From contig JBHLMP010000001.1 in assembly GCA_048938025.1 (NCBI GenBank), positions 1-64,000 on the forward strand: a stretch of DNA of 64,000 nucleotides. The letters run 5' to 3'. Shown piece by piece: positions 1-9,479 of this stretch. The notes under the pieces are model-generated. The model had not been told where the DNA came from. It was given only the letters and a program-made list of their open reading frames with translations, and did no database searches. The stretch is from Promethearchaeota archaeon. GTDB taxonomy: Archaea; Asgardarchaeota; Lokiarchaeia; Sigyniarchaeales; SOKP01. The translations under genes were made by a program, and so were the position numbers. Positions within the stretch are counted from its first letter, which is position 1. The number at the start of each line of letters is the position of its first letter.

Positions 1-287
1 TAGAGGTACTCCATGCCTAATTTCCTACCAAATTTTTTAGAAGCTAAGCAGGGAGTTCCACCTTCTCCTAGAGTAATATGAAAACCGGTTTCAATTGGAG
101 GGAAAGAAAATTTATAATCCCAAATATTATTTACAGTCTTTTGTAGGGGAAAATTCTCTCTTATTAAATCTATATCTGCCTGATACCAAAGTAATCCTTG
201 ACAATCTGGGCACTTATATTCTATAGATGATTTAAAATTGAACTTTTTTTTACATTCAATACATGTCAAAAGGAGAGGTTTATTGAT
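1..287 (-). CDS. thrC: Threonine synthase family protein, N-terminal part (runs off window start)
   Basis: Manual translation: LTCIECKKKF..YKCPDCQGLL..IWDY..ITLGEGGTPC, i.e. Zn ribbon plus the LGEGGTP motif. Start is ATC 287 (after GAGGTAA) or TTG 269. Not in ORF track. Confidence 0.8.
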   Translation of the reverse strand, partial: MNKPLLLTCIECKKKFNFKSSIEYKCPDCQGLLWYQADIDLIRENFPLQKTVNNIWDYKFSFPPIETGFHITLGEGGTPCLASKKFGRKLGMEYL

Positions 288-485
288 AAGATAATTACCT
301 CATTGATTATTTTTTAATTACTATAATTATTTATTGATCATTTTAATAATTAAAGTCTCTGGACATCGTTTCTGATAATTAAATATATAGACAATGAAAC
401 AAGAAAATTACGAAGGATCGTAAATTTTTTAAATTTTAGTTTCTTTTTTTTTTATAGTTTAAATATTAAAAAAATGTGATAAATA

Positions 486-1244
486 ATACTTATTTGGATT
501 CTTCTCTTTAGTTTTATGGGAAGCTTCGGATCAATATTATTAGCATTAGGATTTTTAAATTTAGGAAAAGTCTTACAAAAGAATTTAGTATCAATTTTAG
601 TATCATATGCAACTGGTACTTTAATTGCAGCTGCTTCTCTAGGAATGATTCCAACAGCAATATCAAAATCAGATGAACACCCACAATTAATTATGTCATA
701 CTTTTTGGGAGGAATACTTTTCTTCTTTATAGTTGAAAAATTAGTTATTTGGCGGCATTGTCACGACCAAGATTGTGTGGTGACAGGTGAAGCTGCGGGA
801 CCTATTATTTTAATAGGGGATGCCTTTCATAATTTAGTAGATGGAATAGTAATTGCTGCTTCTTTCTTAATTAATTTTTCAATAGGTATTGCTGTCAGTT
901 TATCTGTAATTGCACACGAAATTCCACAAGAAATAGGAGATTTAGCGATTTTAATTGATAAAAATTATACAAAAAAGAAAGCATTTATCTTCAATTCACT
1001 TTCGGGAGCAACCACTATCCCAGCAGCAATCATTGCATACTTTATTTTAGATGCGATATCAATTGCTATTCCATATGTATTAGCAATTTCTGCTGCTAGC
1101 TTTATTTACATTGCCCTTTCTGATTTAACACCGGCACTTCATCAAAAAATAGGATTTAAATATAGCCTTAGACAACTTCTTTTAATATTTGCTGGAATTT
1201 TAACTATGCTAATAATTTTTATGCTAAATACATTAATAGATTAA
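486..1244 (+). CDS. ZIP family metal (Zn/Mn/Fe) transporter, copy 1
   Basis: GDAFHNLVDG and HEIPQEIGD motifs, multiple TM helices. Frame is open upstream of ATG 516 to ATA 483/486, behind GTGA at 476-479. Confidence 0.9.
   Translation: MLIWILLFSFMGSFGSILLALGFLNLGKVLQKNLVSILVSYATGTLIAAASLGMIPTAISKSDEHPQLIMSYFLGGILFFFIVEKLVIWRHCHDQDCVVTGEAAGPIILIGDAFHNLVDGIVIAASFLINFSIGIAVSLSVIAHEIPQEIGDLAILIDKNYTKKKAFIFNSLSGATTIPAAIIAYFILDAISIAIPYVLAISAASFIYIALSDLTPALHQKIGFKYSLRQLLLIFAGILTMLIIFMLNTLID
1081..1132 (+). repeat. 52-bp exact direct repeat, copy 1 (copy 2 at 1860-1911)
   Basis: tagcaatttctgctgctagctttatttacattgccctttctgatttaacacc is identical in both ZIP paralogs. Confidence 0.9.
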
Positions 1245-1267
1245 AGCAAAAATAGAAGTGATAAAAG

Positions 1268-2023
1268 ATTCTGCAATGGATAATTTTATTCAGCATTTTA
1301 GGTAGTATAGTAGCAGTCGTTACAGCTGGAGGTTTTGTCTTTTTAGGTGATAAATATCAAAAAGCCCTAATACCAATTCTTATATCATTTGCTACAGGTG
1401 TTCTGCTGACAGTCGCATTTATAGGATTAATTCCTGAAGCAGTTGAAGAGGTTGGGGAACCTCATATCATTATGCCATATATCCTAGGCGGTATTATATT
1501 TTTCTTTATAATGGAAAAAATAATAATATGGAGAAACTGTCGAGATAAAACTTGTGAGGTTCATTCACAAGCTTCTGGACCATTAATACTTATAGGAGAT
1601 TCTTTCCATAATTTAATAGATGGTATTGTAATTGCTGCAGCATTTTTGTCAGAATTTTATATTGGAATTGTGGCAGGATTAACAATAATTATTCATGAAT
1701 TAGCACAGGAAACGGGAGATTTTGGCATCTTGCTTCATTCGGGGTATACAAAGAAGAAAGCGTTTATTTACAATACCATATCAAGTTCGACTACAATCCC
1801 TGCAGCAATTATATCTTACTTCATTTTAGATGATATTGAAGCTGCAATTCCTTTTTTACTAGCAATTTCTGCTGCTAGCTTTATTTACATTGCCCTTTCT
1901 GATTTAACACCAGATCTCCATCAACATTCAGACTTCAAGTATATTATCCGTCAATTAATAATAATGATTTTTGGTATTGTTTTAATGGTCTTACTATTAT
2001 CAATTGGAGGACATTCACATTAA
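1268..2023 (+). CDS. ZIP family metal transporter, copy 2
   Basis: GDSFHNLIDG and HELAQETGD motifs. Frame extends 68 codons upstream of ATG 1472 (ILQWIILFSILGS..ISFATGVLL..GLIPEA), collinear with copy 1. Start is ATT 1268 or CTG 1271. Confidence 0.9.
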   Translation: MLQWIILFSILGSIVAVVTAGGFVFLGDKYQKALIPILISFATGVLLTVAFIGLIPEAVEEVGEPHIIMPYILGGIIFFFIMEKIIIWRNCRDKTCEVHSQASGPLILIGDSFHNLIDGIVIAAAFLSEFYIGIVAGLTIIIHELAQETGDFGILLHSGYTKKKAFIYNTISSSTTIPAAIISYFILDDIEAAIPFLLAISAASFIYIALSDLTPDLHQHSDFKYIIRQLIIMIFGIVLMVLLLSIGGHSH

Positions 2024-2072
2024 CACTATTTTATCAAAACAAAAAAAGAGTAGTATAGAGTAGTGAAATATT

Positions 2073-2489
2073 ATGTTAGATTTGGATTATAAAGTACTAA
2101 AAATTTTATACCATAATAACAATTTATATAAAGTTGGAAATATAGCTAGAAAACTTAAGCTTCCTCATTCGACTATAGGAAGTTGTGTTAAAAGATTAGA
2201 AGAAAATGAGTATGTGATATATGAACGATATAAACCAGTTGTTCTATCAACGAAAGGAAAGGATCTTGCAACTGAATTAATTCGACATGCTCGGCTTCTT
2301 GAACTATTATTACATCATGAATTAGGAATAAAGCCTAAACAGGCTCATCAAGAAAGTGAAAAGTTCAATTTACTTTTCTCATGCGAAACAATAAATAAAA
2401 TTTGTGAAAAATATTCTCATCCAGAAGAATGCCCTTGTGGAGAGGAAATCTCAAATTCTTCAGATTGCTTTTGTGAAAAAAAAGTTTAA
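2073..2489 (+). CDS. DtxR/MntR family metal-dependent transcriptional regulator
   Basis: N-terminal wHTH, RHARLLELLL, HPEECPCGEEI (usual family motif is CPHG); follows the ZIP genes. Confidence 0.88.
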   Translation: MLDLDYKVLKILYHNNNLYKVGNIARKLKLPHSTIGSCVKRLEENEYVIYERYKPVVLSTKGKDLATELIRHARLLELLLHHELGIKPKQAHQESEKFNLLFSCETINKICEKYSHPEECPCGEEISNSSDCFCEKKV

Positions 2490-2493
2490 AATA

Positions 2494-2970
2494 TTATTTT
2501 ATAATTTCATTGGAAGCATAAGCGGTTAAAATTTCACCATAAAAAAAGTGATGACTACTTAAATCTGATTTACTATCTTGGATTATTTTACATTCATAAC
2601 TTAACATACAATCTTTTATTGTAGGTACTTTTGTTTTTTGTCCTGGAATAGTTTCCAATCCCGTTTTTTGAAATTTATCTGTATTTCTCCCTGAATAAGA
2701 TCCTGCAATATCAATAGCATGATACATTTCATCTGAAGGAATATTTATAGTAAATTCATTTATGCCTTCCGTTAATAGAGTATAGGTATATCTACTATAG
2801 GCCACTTGTGCTCTTATAACTGGTTTGTTCCCTATTTCTTCCATTTTTTTCCAATCCAATGCCATCATATTGAGTTTTCCACTTTTGTCCATTGTAATTA
2901 TTAAAGCTGTATTTCTTTTAAAAAGTTCAATATAATCAAATGGTTCAATTTCTTGCCTAGTATTCGTCAT
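2494..2970 (-). CDS. Flavin reductase-like FMN-binding protein
   Basis: EFTINIP, GSYSGRNTDKF, YECKI, HHFFYGEI motifs. Confidence 0.85.
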   Translation of the reverse strand: MTNTRQEIEPFDYIELFKRNTALIITMDKSGKLNMMALDWKKMEEIGNKPVIRAQVAYSRYTYTLLTEGINEFTINIPSDEMYHAIDIAGSYSGRNTDKFQKTGLETIPGQKTKVPTIKDCMLSYECKIIQDSKSDLSSHHFFYGEILTAYASNEIIK

Positions 2971-2985
2971 TTTTATTCTTTTTTT

Positions 2986-3231
2986 TCATGGTTTAAATTT
3001 TTCATCATGAATAATCTTATCTATTGCTACTAAACATGCATTTTCCCAATTATCGTCAGGATTAATACTTTTACAGCAGTCTGGGCACCAATCATCAGGA
3101 TAACCCTCATCAAAGTCATCAGCTTCCATATCACCATTTAGGGTGCTCCCACAATAAAAACAGACTCCTTCATCATATCTATCCAAAATCTCAGAAATTA
3201 ATTCGATCTTTTTTCTAGAGTTCATTTTCAA
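2986..3231 (-). CDS. Small acidic Zn-finger-like hypothetical protein
   Basis: CFYC and CPDC pairs in an 81-aa ORF. Confidence 0.65.
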   Translation of the reverse strand: MKMNSRKKIELISEILDRYDEGVCFYCGSTLNGDMEADDFDEGYPDDWCPDCCKSINPDDNWENACLVAIDKIIHDEKFKP

Positions 3232-3306
3232 TCGTAAAATTTTGATTTAAAATATAATAAAATAAGAAAAAAAATAATATAAGTGTTTTAATCATAGCTT
3301 TAAAAT

Positions 3307-4341
3307 TTATCTAATATAAGAACTTGCTTCTTTTAACCTTTCTTCAGCCTTTTTAACGATATTTTCTATAATATCCTTTACACTATCTATTGAGTCAATT
3401 AATCCAATACTCTGACCTAGAAGTACTGCTCCATCATCAATATCTCCATCATAAGTCATTTCATAATGCTTTTGATCTTCCAATGCTTTCTCAGGAGTAA
3501 TCTGAGTTTCTAATGCGAGCTTTTCCTCCTTACTTGAGATTGCTTCATGGGATAATGCATAATTATTACGCCATAAACGAATTGGTCCTAAAACTCCAAG
3601 ACAATACTTGGTATCACTTGCCTTTGCAGGAGGAATGATATTTTTATATTTTTCATGAAATTCACTTTCCTTTGATGCAATAAACCTGGAACCCATTGCG
3701 ACTGCTCCTGCCCCTATTGCTAAAGCAGAGGCTAGACCTTCCCCCGTTGCAAATCCTCCACATGCTATTAATGGAATATCTGGATGTTTCTGTTTAACTT
3801 GCTGTAATAAGACTAAAGTACTAATTTTCTCATAAGACTGATGTCCTCCGCCATCCCATCCAGTAAGAACCATCCCATCCACTCCAGAAGTAACACACTT
3901 ATCAGCAAGCCATAAAGCAGGAGCCACATGAAAATGCTTTATATTAGAGCCAGCTTCTTTCAATCTCTCGAAAGAATTATTATGTATCATTTTTGGTGTA
4001 CCTGCACTTGTTATTGCATAAATACATTGATCCCTGAGCTTTGGGTTACTTCTAATAAATCTTGGAATTCCACGACATAATCCTTGAGCATCTAATTGTA
4101 ATCTTGACGTTCTTATGTTGAATCCGAAAGGTTTATCAGTGTGTTCAATCACATGCAACATATTTTTCTTCATTTCTTCCATACTACTTTTCCCAAATAA
4201 ATTAGTATGGCTTAATACCCCTAAACCTCCTGCTTCAGAAACGGCAATAGTTAATTCTGTAGTGTAAAAGGGGCCCATAGGAGCAGCAATAATAGGATGT
4301 TTAATTCCTAACATCTCAGTTATATTAGTTTTTATAACCAT
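3307..4341 (-). CDS. Nitronate monooxygenase / FabK-like flavoenzyme
   Basis: HPIIAAPMG, VSEAGGLG, GGGH, IACGG, AMGSRFIASKES. Confidence 0.9.
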   Translation of the reverse strand: MVIKTNITEMLGIKHPIIAAPMGPFYTTELTIAVSEAGGLGVLSHTNLFGKSSMEEMKKNMLHVIEHTDKPFGFNIRTSRLQLDAQGLCRGIPRFIRSNPKLRDQCIYAITSAGTPKMIHNNSFERLKEAGSNIKHFHVAPALWLADKCVTSGVDGMVLTGWDGGGHQSYEKISTLVLLQQVKQKHPDIPLIACGGFATGEGLASALAIGAGAVAMGSRFIASKESEFHEKYKNIIPPAKASDTKYCLGVLGPIRLWRNNYALSHEAISSKEEKLALETQITPEKALEDQKHYEMTYDGDIDDGAVLLGQSIGLIDSIDSVKDIIENIVKKAEERLKEASSYIR

Positions 4342-4373
4342 TAACTTATACCTTCTTTCCCTTTTTTAAACAT

Positions 4374-4388
4374 TAATGATAATCATTA
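4374..4388. promoter_or_regulatory. Perfect 7-1-7 inverted repeat, candidate operator
   Basis: TAATGAT-A-ATCATTA between divergent genes. Confidence 0.4.
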
Positions 4389-4503
4389 TTGATTATGAAA
4401 AATAAAGAACTTATATAAACTTTTTATCTATTTAAAAGCAATTAAGTTAAAATTAGACATAGATTTAGAAATTTTTAATTTTTAAACTTGATTAAAGAAT
4501 AAT

Positions 4504-5478
4504 ATGTGCCCAGATATAATTTCATTAGGAGAATTATTAGTTGAGATAATGCGGAGCAATGTAGATATCCCACATGGAAGAATAGGCGCCACTTATAAAG
4601 GACCTTTTCCAAGTGGTGCTCCAGCGATATTTATTGATTCAGCAGCGCGAATGGGAAAGCAATTTAATTTATCAACTGGTTTTATAGGAGTAGTAGGAAA
4701 TGATGAATTTGGCCAATGCATCATTAAGAAATTGAAAAATGATAATGTTGATATTTCTCAAATAAAAGTCTTAAAAGATACAACTACAGGAATGGCATTC
4801 AATCAATATAATTCTGACGGTTCACGTAAATTTATCTTTGCAGCTGGAGCTGCTGGAAAAACCACTCCTGATGAGATAAAAGAGGAATATTTTTCAAATG
4901 TTAGAGCTATACATATAATGGGTAGTGCTCTCTCAATTAGTGAAAGTTCTCAAGAAGCATGTTATAAAGCTTTAAAAATAGCTAAACAAAAGAATCCAGG
5001 AGTTATTATCTCATTTGATCCAAATATAAGACCAGAGATGCTTGATTTGAAGATAATAAGAAAAATTTGTGAACCGGTATTAAACGAAACAGACATTTTA
5101 ATGCCAAGTGGAGAAGAAGCTGAAATGTTAGCAGGAGTTAAAGGTGAGAAAGAAGCCAGTGTTAAACTATTAGAAAAGGGACCTAAGTTGGTTGTGTTAA
5201 AGCAAGGAAAAGAAGGATGCATGATTTTTTCTTCTGAAAACTTGGATGGAATAAAAATTTCTGGATTTAAAGTGAATCAAATTGATCCTACTGGCGCTGG
5301 AGATTCTTTTGGAGGAGCATTCATGGTGGGGTATTTGGTTGGTTGGAAATTAGTAAAAATCGCTAAATTTGCTAACGCTGTGGGGGCATTAAAAGTTCAA
5401 ACATTTGGTCCAATGCCAGATACAACTTATGATGAAGTTTTAGAATTAATTAAAGCAAATGAAAGTGAAATAGAATAA
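4504..5478 (+). CDS. PfkB family sugar kinase
   Basis: GELLVE, SGAPA, FDPNIR, DPTGAGDSF. Confidence 0.92.
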   Translation: MCPDIISLGELLVEIMRSNVDIPHGRIGATYKGPFPSGAPAIFIDSAARMGKQFNLSTGFIGVVGNDEFGQCIIKKLKNDNVDISQIKVLKDTTTGMAFNQYNSDGSRKFIFAAGAAGKTTPDEIKEEYFSNVRAIHIMGSALSISESSQEACYKALKIAKQKNPGVIISFDPNIRPEMLDLKIIRKICEPVLNETDILMPSGEEAEMLAGVKGEKEASVKLLEKGPKLVVLKQGKEGCMIFSSENLDGIKISGFKVNQIDPTGAGDSFGGAFMVGYLVGWKLVKIAKFANAVGALKVQTFGPMPDTTYDEVLELIKANESEIE

Positions 5479-5479
5479 A

Positions 5480-7468
5480 TCATAATTTTTTCAAATGCAG
5501 TGAGTAAATACTAATTTCTACAATTTCATTATTTTTTACTTCAAAACAACGAAATCCTGGAGGTTTATAACTTCTAAAATGCGAATTTACAGGACCAAGC
5601 GCTTGTGTTTGAAAGATGAAAGGCTTATTTACGTCAAACCAAATACTTAAATCCATTGGATCTTCGAATTTTTTGAAATAATCTCTATAATTATCCATAT
5701 AGACTTCACATGGAACATCAATAAAAATAGGAGCAAAAAGAAATCCGATACTTAGGCTTTCTGATTCTTTTTTAACTTCTTTTAACCTAAATTCTTTAAT
5801 GGTATGAGTATGTCCACATAAAATTAGATCAACTTTTCTTTTAATTATTTCATCAGATCCAATAAATATTTTTAATAGATCTGCCCAGTTATACATAATA
5901 GTTTCATACTTTAAATTAAAGAGAGTCTCTAATCTTGAACTTCCTAATTTTTTTTTCAAATTATCTTCATAGAAATCAGACCATTTAAGCTTTCTATATC
6001 TTAATTTCAATTTTTTTCTATATTTTCTTCTTTTAAGAATGCTTAAGTTTGGTGAAACAGGAGGTGTATGCATTACAATAATTATTTTTTCATCTCCACA
6101 TAATTTTATATATGCTCTTAATAAATCAATTTGATAATCTTTTAATCCTCTTGTACTTGGAGCACCTCTAATAAGATCATGAATATCCGCGATCGAATCT
6201 CTTCCTGTATCTAAGAATATGAAATTAAATTCACCAATTTTTATCTTAAAATTAAGAATAGGATTTAAATACGTAAAATAATCTTTTAAAAATCTACGTT
6301 TTGAGTATAAAGCATTAATATAACTAAAATCTTTGCTATCTTCATAATTTTTTACCTCTTTTTTGGTAACTCCAAAGATTTTATGAATATTACCAAATTT
6401 TATACTATAATGTCCTCTACGGTAATCATGGTTTCCTGGAATTGTAAATATGGGACATAGGATCTCTTTTTTATTAATATATTCTTTATCTGTTATTAAA
6501 AAAGGAGGTTTATTTAAGCCTTTATTCAAACCAAGTAAAATTTCAAATAAAACATGGAAATTGTTTTCATCATCTTCATAATTAGCTGGTTCAATATAAT
6601 CTACCAAATCACCACCAAATAGAATAAAATCAAATTTTTTATCATTTACAAAACTAATTAGCTTTCTTAGATGATAATTAAAATTAAATTTTGCTGTGAG
6701 GAGTTCTTTAAATCTATACAATTGAAATCCTTTTTTAAAATCAAAATCTCTCTCTAACATATTTTTCTTAGTTTTACTAGGAATTCTAATGCTTTTACTC
6801 AGCTTTTTGACCTTCTTTCTTGTTCTCTCTTTTAAAAATTTTGAAATAAAATCGTTCCTTCTGGCTATATGTAAATCGGTTGCATGAATAAATTTTAAAT
6901 TTTCTAAATCTTTATTAAATAAAGCAAGACTGTGAAAGTTGGTTATTTCTTCATTTCTATTAGGAATTCGATAAATTATATCAAACAAAATAAATCTTCT
7001 TTCAATTTTTTCAAATAATGCTTCGATACTTCTAATATTACTGATCTCAAATACAATCTTAAATAATTCATTTCTTTCTCCAAAGATTCCTTCTTCTTTT
7101 AAAATTGTATGCTGTAAATCAAAAAGAATACAATTTTCTTCTTTTAAGAGATTATTTTCATTAATGTTTTTATTTAAACTGGTTATTTCAATTAGTTTTA
7201 AAGGGTATCGCTCTCCCCTTCTTTCCAAGAATTTTCCCTCATCTTTTAAAATAGGTTGAATAAATGTATTAAGATGGAAATCCTTCCCAATTTCTGGAAT
7301 AGTTTGTGTTGGGATAGTTATAATTATTGCTTCAAAAATTACATTTTTAAGATATTTGCCTTCTTCATTTTTAAAATCTTCTAGATTTATTAGCTGAGGT
7401 TGTCCCAGATTAGGTTTGATTATTAAAGGAAAATCCCCTTTATTTAAGTCCAACTGAAATGTAGACAT
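5480..7468 (-). CDS. Calcineurin-like metallophosphoesterase with long insertions
   Basis: TDLH, GDLVD, GNHD, MHTPP, GHTH motifs. Confidence 0.85.
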   Translation of the reverse strand: MSTFQLDLNKGDFPLIIKPNLGQPQLINLEDFKNEEGKYLKNVIFEAIIITIPTQTIPEIGKDFHLNTFIQPILKDEGKFLERRGERYPLKLIEITSLNKNINENNLLKEENCILFDLQHTILKEEGIFGERNELFKIVFEISNIRSIEALFEKIERRFILFDIIYRIPNRNEEITNFHSLALFNKDLENLKFIHATDLHIARRNDFISKFLKERTRKKVKKLSKSIRIPSKTKKNMLERDFDFKKGFQLYRFKELLTAKFNFNYHLRKLISFVNDKKFDFILFGGDLVDYIEPANYEDDENNFHVLFEILLGLNKGLNKPPFLITDKEYINKKEILCPIFTIPGNHDYRRGHYSIKFGNIHKIFGVTKKEVKNYEDSKDFSYINALYSKRRFLKDYFTYLNPILNFKIKIGEFNFIFLDTGRDSIADIHDLIRGAPSTRGLKDYQIDLLRAYIKLCGDEKIIIVMHTPPVSPNLSILKRRKYRKKLKLRYRKLKWSDFYEDNLKKKLGSSRLETLFNLKYETIMYNWADLLKIFIGSDEIIKRKVDLILCGHTHTIKEFRLKEVKKESESLSIGFLFAPIFIDVPCEVYMDNYRDYFKKFEDPMDLSIWFDVNKPFIFQTQALGPVNSHFRSYKPPGFRCFEVKNNEIVEISIYSLHLKKL

Positions 7469-7520
7469 GTATAAATCTAGTAATTCTGTAATTATTAATC
7501 TAATTAATCATGATATTGAT

Positions 7521-7652
7521 AAAAAAAAGAGATTAGCAATACCTCCTATGTAAAAATAGTTTTAGGTGGGATTATTGTGTCTGTTCAAGCGCGAATCATA
7601 GATAAAGTATTATCGATATCTTGCAATCCGTCCAAAAGACACGAATAAACCC
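7521..7652 (-). ncRNA. Candidate structured non-coding RNA or leader, unclassified
   Basis: TTTAAA at 7682-7677; long terminal stem 7653-7637 / 7582-7567; second hairpin 7567-7541; T8 run 7528-7521. Confidence 0.5.
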
Positions 7653-7954
7653 ATATAATTGAGATTCAAATAACAATTTAAACTATAATCATTTAAAAAC
7701 TTAATGATTGACTTATGTGATTGATCAAAATAACTTAAAAAAAATCAAAAATTTAAATAGGTAAAAAATTGGTATATTTCTTAAGGAATGTGATTGTTAT
7801 CTTTGATAAGGAATATACTTATTTATATCAACACTTATTTGAACAAAAGAAACTTTGGGTTTCATATATAAACAAAAATTAAATTTTAAAATTCAAAATT
7901 CTAATTTTATATAAATAAAAAATAAATGAATCCAAACTATATAAAAAATATAAA

Positions 7955-9409
7955 ATGACAGACGAGTTTAAAGAGGAAGAAAAAAATAGTAAATCGGAAA
8001 AGGATACTGATAAAGTAGATAAGGAATTTTTATCGAAAGCTAAAGATTCAAGAGATATAATTGATAAAAAGTTGAGAACATTCGAGAATAGCATTGAGGA
8101 TATATCAGAAACAATAACTAATAGTGAAATAGAAGTAGAAAAAGAACTAGATAAAGAAGCGTTAGAAAAAATAAATAAAGAAATAAAAGAAGCTCAATTG
8201 AAACTTGATTCAATTTCAAAGAAAGTAGATGATAAAGAGGAATATCTTTCTGTTATAAAAGAAGAACTTACGACTCTTGAAGAAAAATACAATATTAAAA
8301 CTGAAGAAATGAATAATTTAGAAGAGAGATTAAATATTACAAAAGAAAGCAAAGAGAACTTAGAGGAAGAATATAAAGATCTTTTAAAAAATAATGAACA
8401 ACTAGTTAAAGCCTATGAAACTAGACAAGTTGATTTAATCGTCCTTACGGATTCTGTTAAAGAAAAGATAGCTTCTCAAGAAGATCTTCGAGCAAAAACT
8501 GCAAAATTAAATCAAGAAATTCAAGCAAATGAAGAAGAACTTGAAAAACAAAGAGAAGAGGCTGAAGCATTAGAAAAAAAGTTAAAAAGTCAGCATGCCG
8601 AAAATGAAACCCTGAAAGTCTCGATTGCAAAAAATAAAATTGAATTAGATCATTCAAATACAGAAATTGAGGCAAAAGAAGAAGAGAAAAATGTTTTAAC
8701 TGAACAACTTGAAAAAAAGGAACGAAGAATAAAGGAAATTGAACAAATCATTAAAGATCATCATGAAGGATTTCCTGAAATGGAAAAACAAAAACAAACT
8801 TACGAGGAACTACTTGCGAAATACAAGATTCAACTTACAGAGAAGCAGCAACAAATGATTGATATAGAATCTCGAATTCAAGATTTAAATGAGTCTATAG
8901 AGCCATTGAATGAGCAAATTAATGCTAAAGAAAGTTTAATAGGAGCAAATGAAAAGAGGATTGAAGATTTGAAGAGAGCTATTGAAAAATCCAATTTAGA
9001 ATATATTGAACGAGAAGAAAGACTTAATGCTCTAACAGAAAAATTAGAACATGTGGAATTGGACCATGAAAAATTAAAAAAGGCAAAAGAAGCTATTGAG
9101 AATAGCACTAATGATTCCCGAGTAATTCTTCAAAAGTTAAAAGAAGAATTAGAAAATCAAGAAAAAGAAATAAGAGATAAAGAAAGTCGTATTCATAGAT
9201 TAGAAGTTTTATCTGCGATTTATCGCGCATCTAAATTTTTCGGAGGAATAATATTAGGTTTGGGAATATTCTTTATTATTTGGGTTATTGGGGTCTCTAT
9301 TAACATAATAGATTTCGGTGATCTTAATACGCCTGTATTAATTATCTTTTTATTTATTGGTGGTATTTTGGCAATCCTATCTGGATTCTTCCACTTAGAA
9401 AAATCATAA
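7955..9409 (+). CDS. Long coiled-coil protein with two C-terminal TM helices
   Basis: About 400 aa of E/K-rich heptads followed by two hydrophobic segments; no Walker motifs. Confidence 0.8.
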   Translation: MTDEFKEEEKNSKSEKDTDKVDKEFLSKAKDSRDIIDKKLRTFENSIEDISETITNSEIEVEKELDKEALEKINKEIKEAQLKLDSISKKVDDKEEYLSVIKEELTTLEEKYNIKTEEMNNLEERLNITKESKENLEEEYKDLLKNNEQLVKAYETRQVDLIVLTDSVKEKIASQEDLRAKTAKLNQEIQANEEELEKQREEAEALEKKLKSQHAENETLKVSIAKNKIELDHSNTEIEAKEEEKNVLTEQLEKKERRIKEIEQIIKDHHEGFPEMEKQKQTYEELLAKYKIQLTEKQQQMIDIESRIQDLNESIEPLNEQINAKESLIGANEKRIEDLKRAIEKSNLEYIEREERLNALTEKLEHVELDHEKLKKAKEAIENSTNDSRVILQKLKEELENQEKEIRDKESRIHRLEVLSAIYRASKFFGGIILGLGIFFIIWVIGVSINIIDFGDLNTPVLIIFLFIGGILAILSGFFHLEKS

Positions 9410-9479
9410 AAGATTATTTTTATTAAAATTTATTACAAATTTAATTCTTAAAACTCTAATTTTTTATAACGAGATTAAG

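Noticed and set aside
7577-7654. Tiny ORFs in the structured spacer (VSVQARII.. on +, MGLFVSFGRIARYR on -)
   Set aside because: They are too short and have no features; base-pairing explains the sequence better.
7955-9409. SMC/Rad50 assignment for the coiled-coil proteins (also 43923-44927)
   Set aside because: No Walker A/B, signature motif or hinge/hook.
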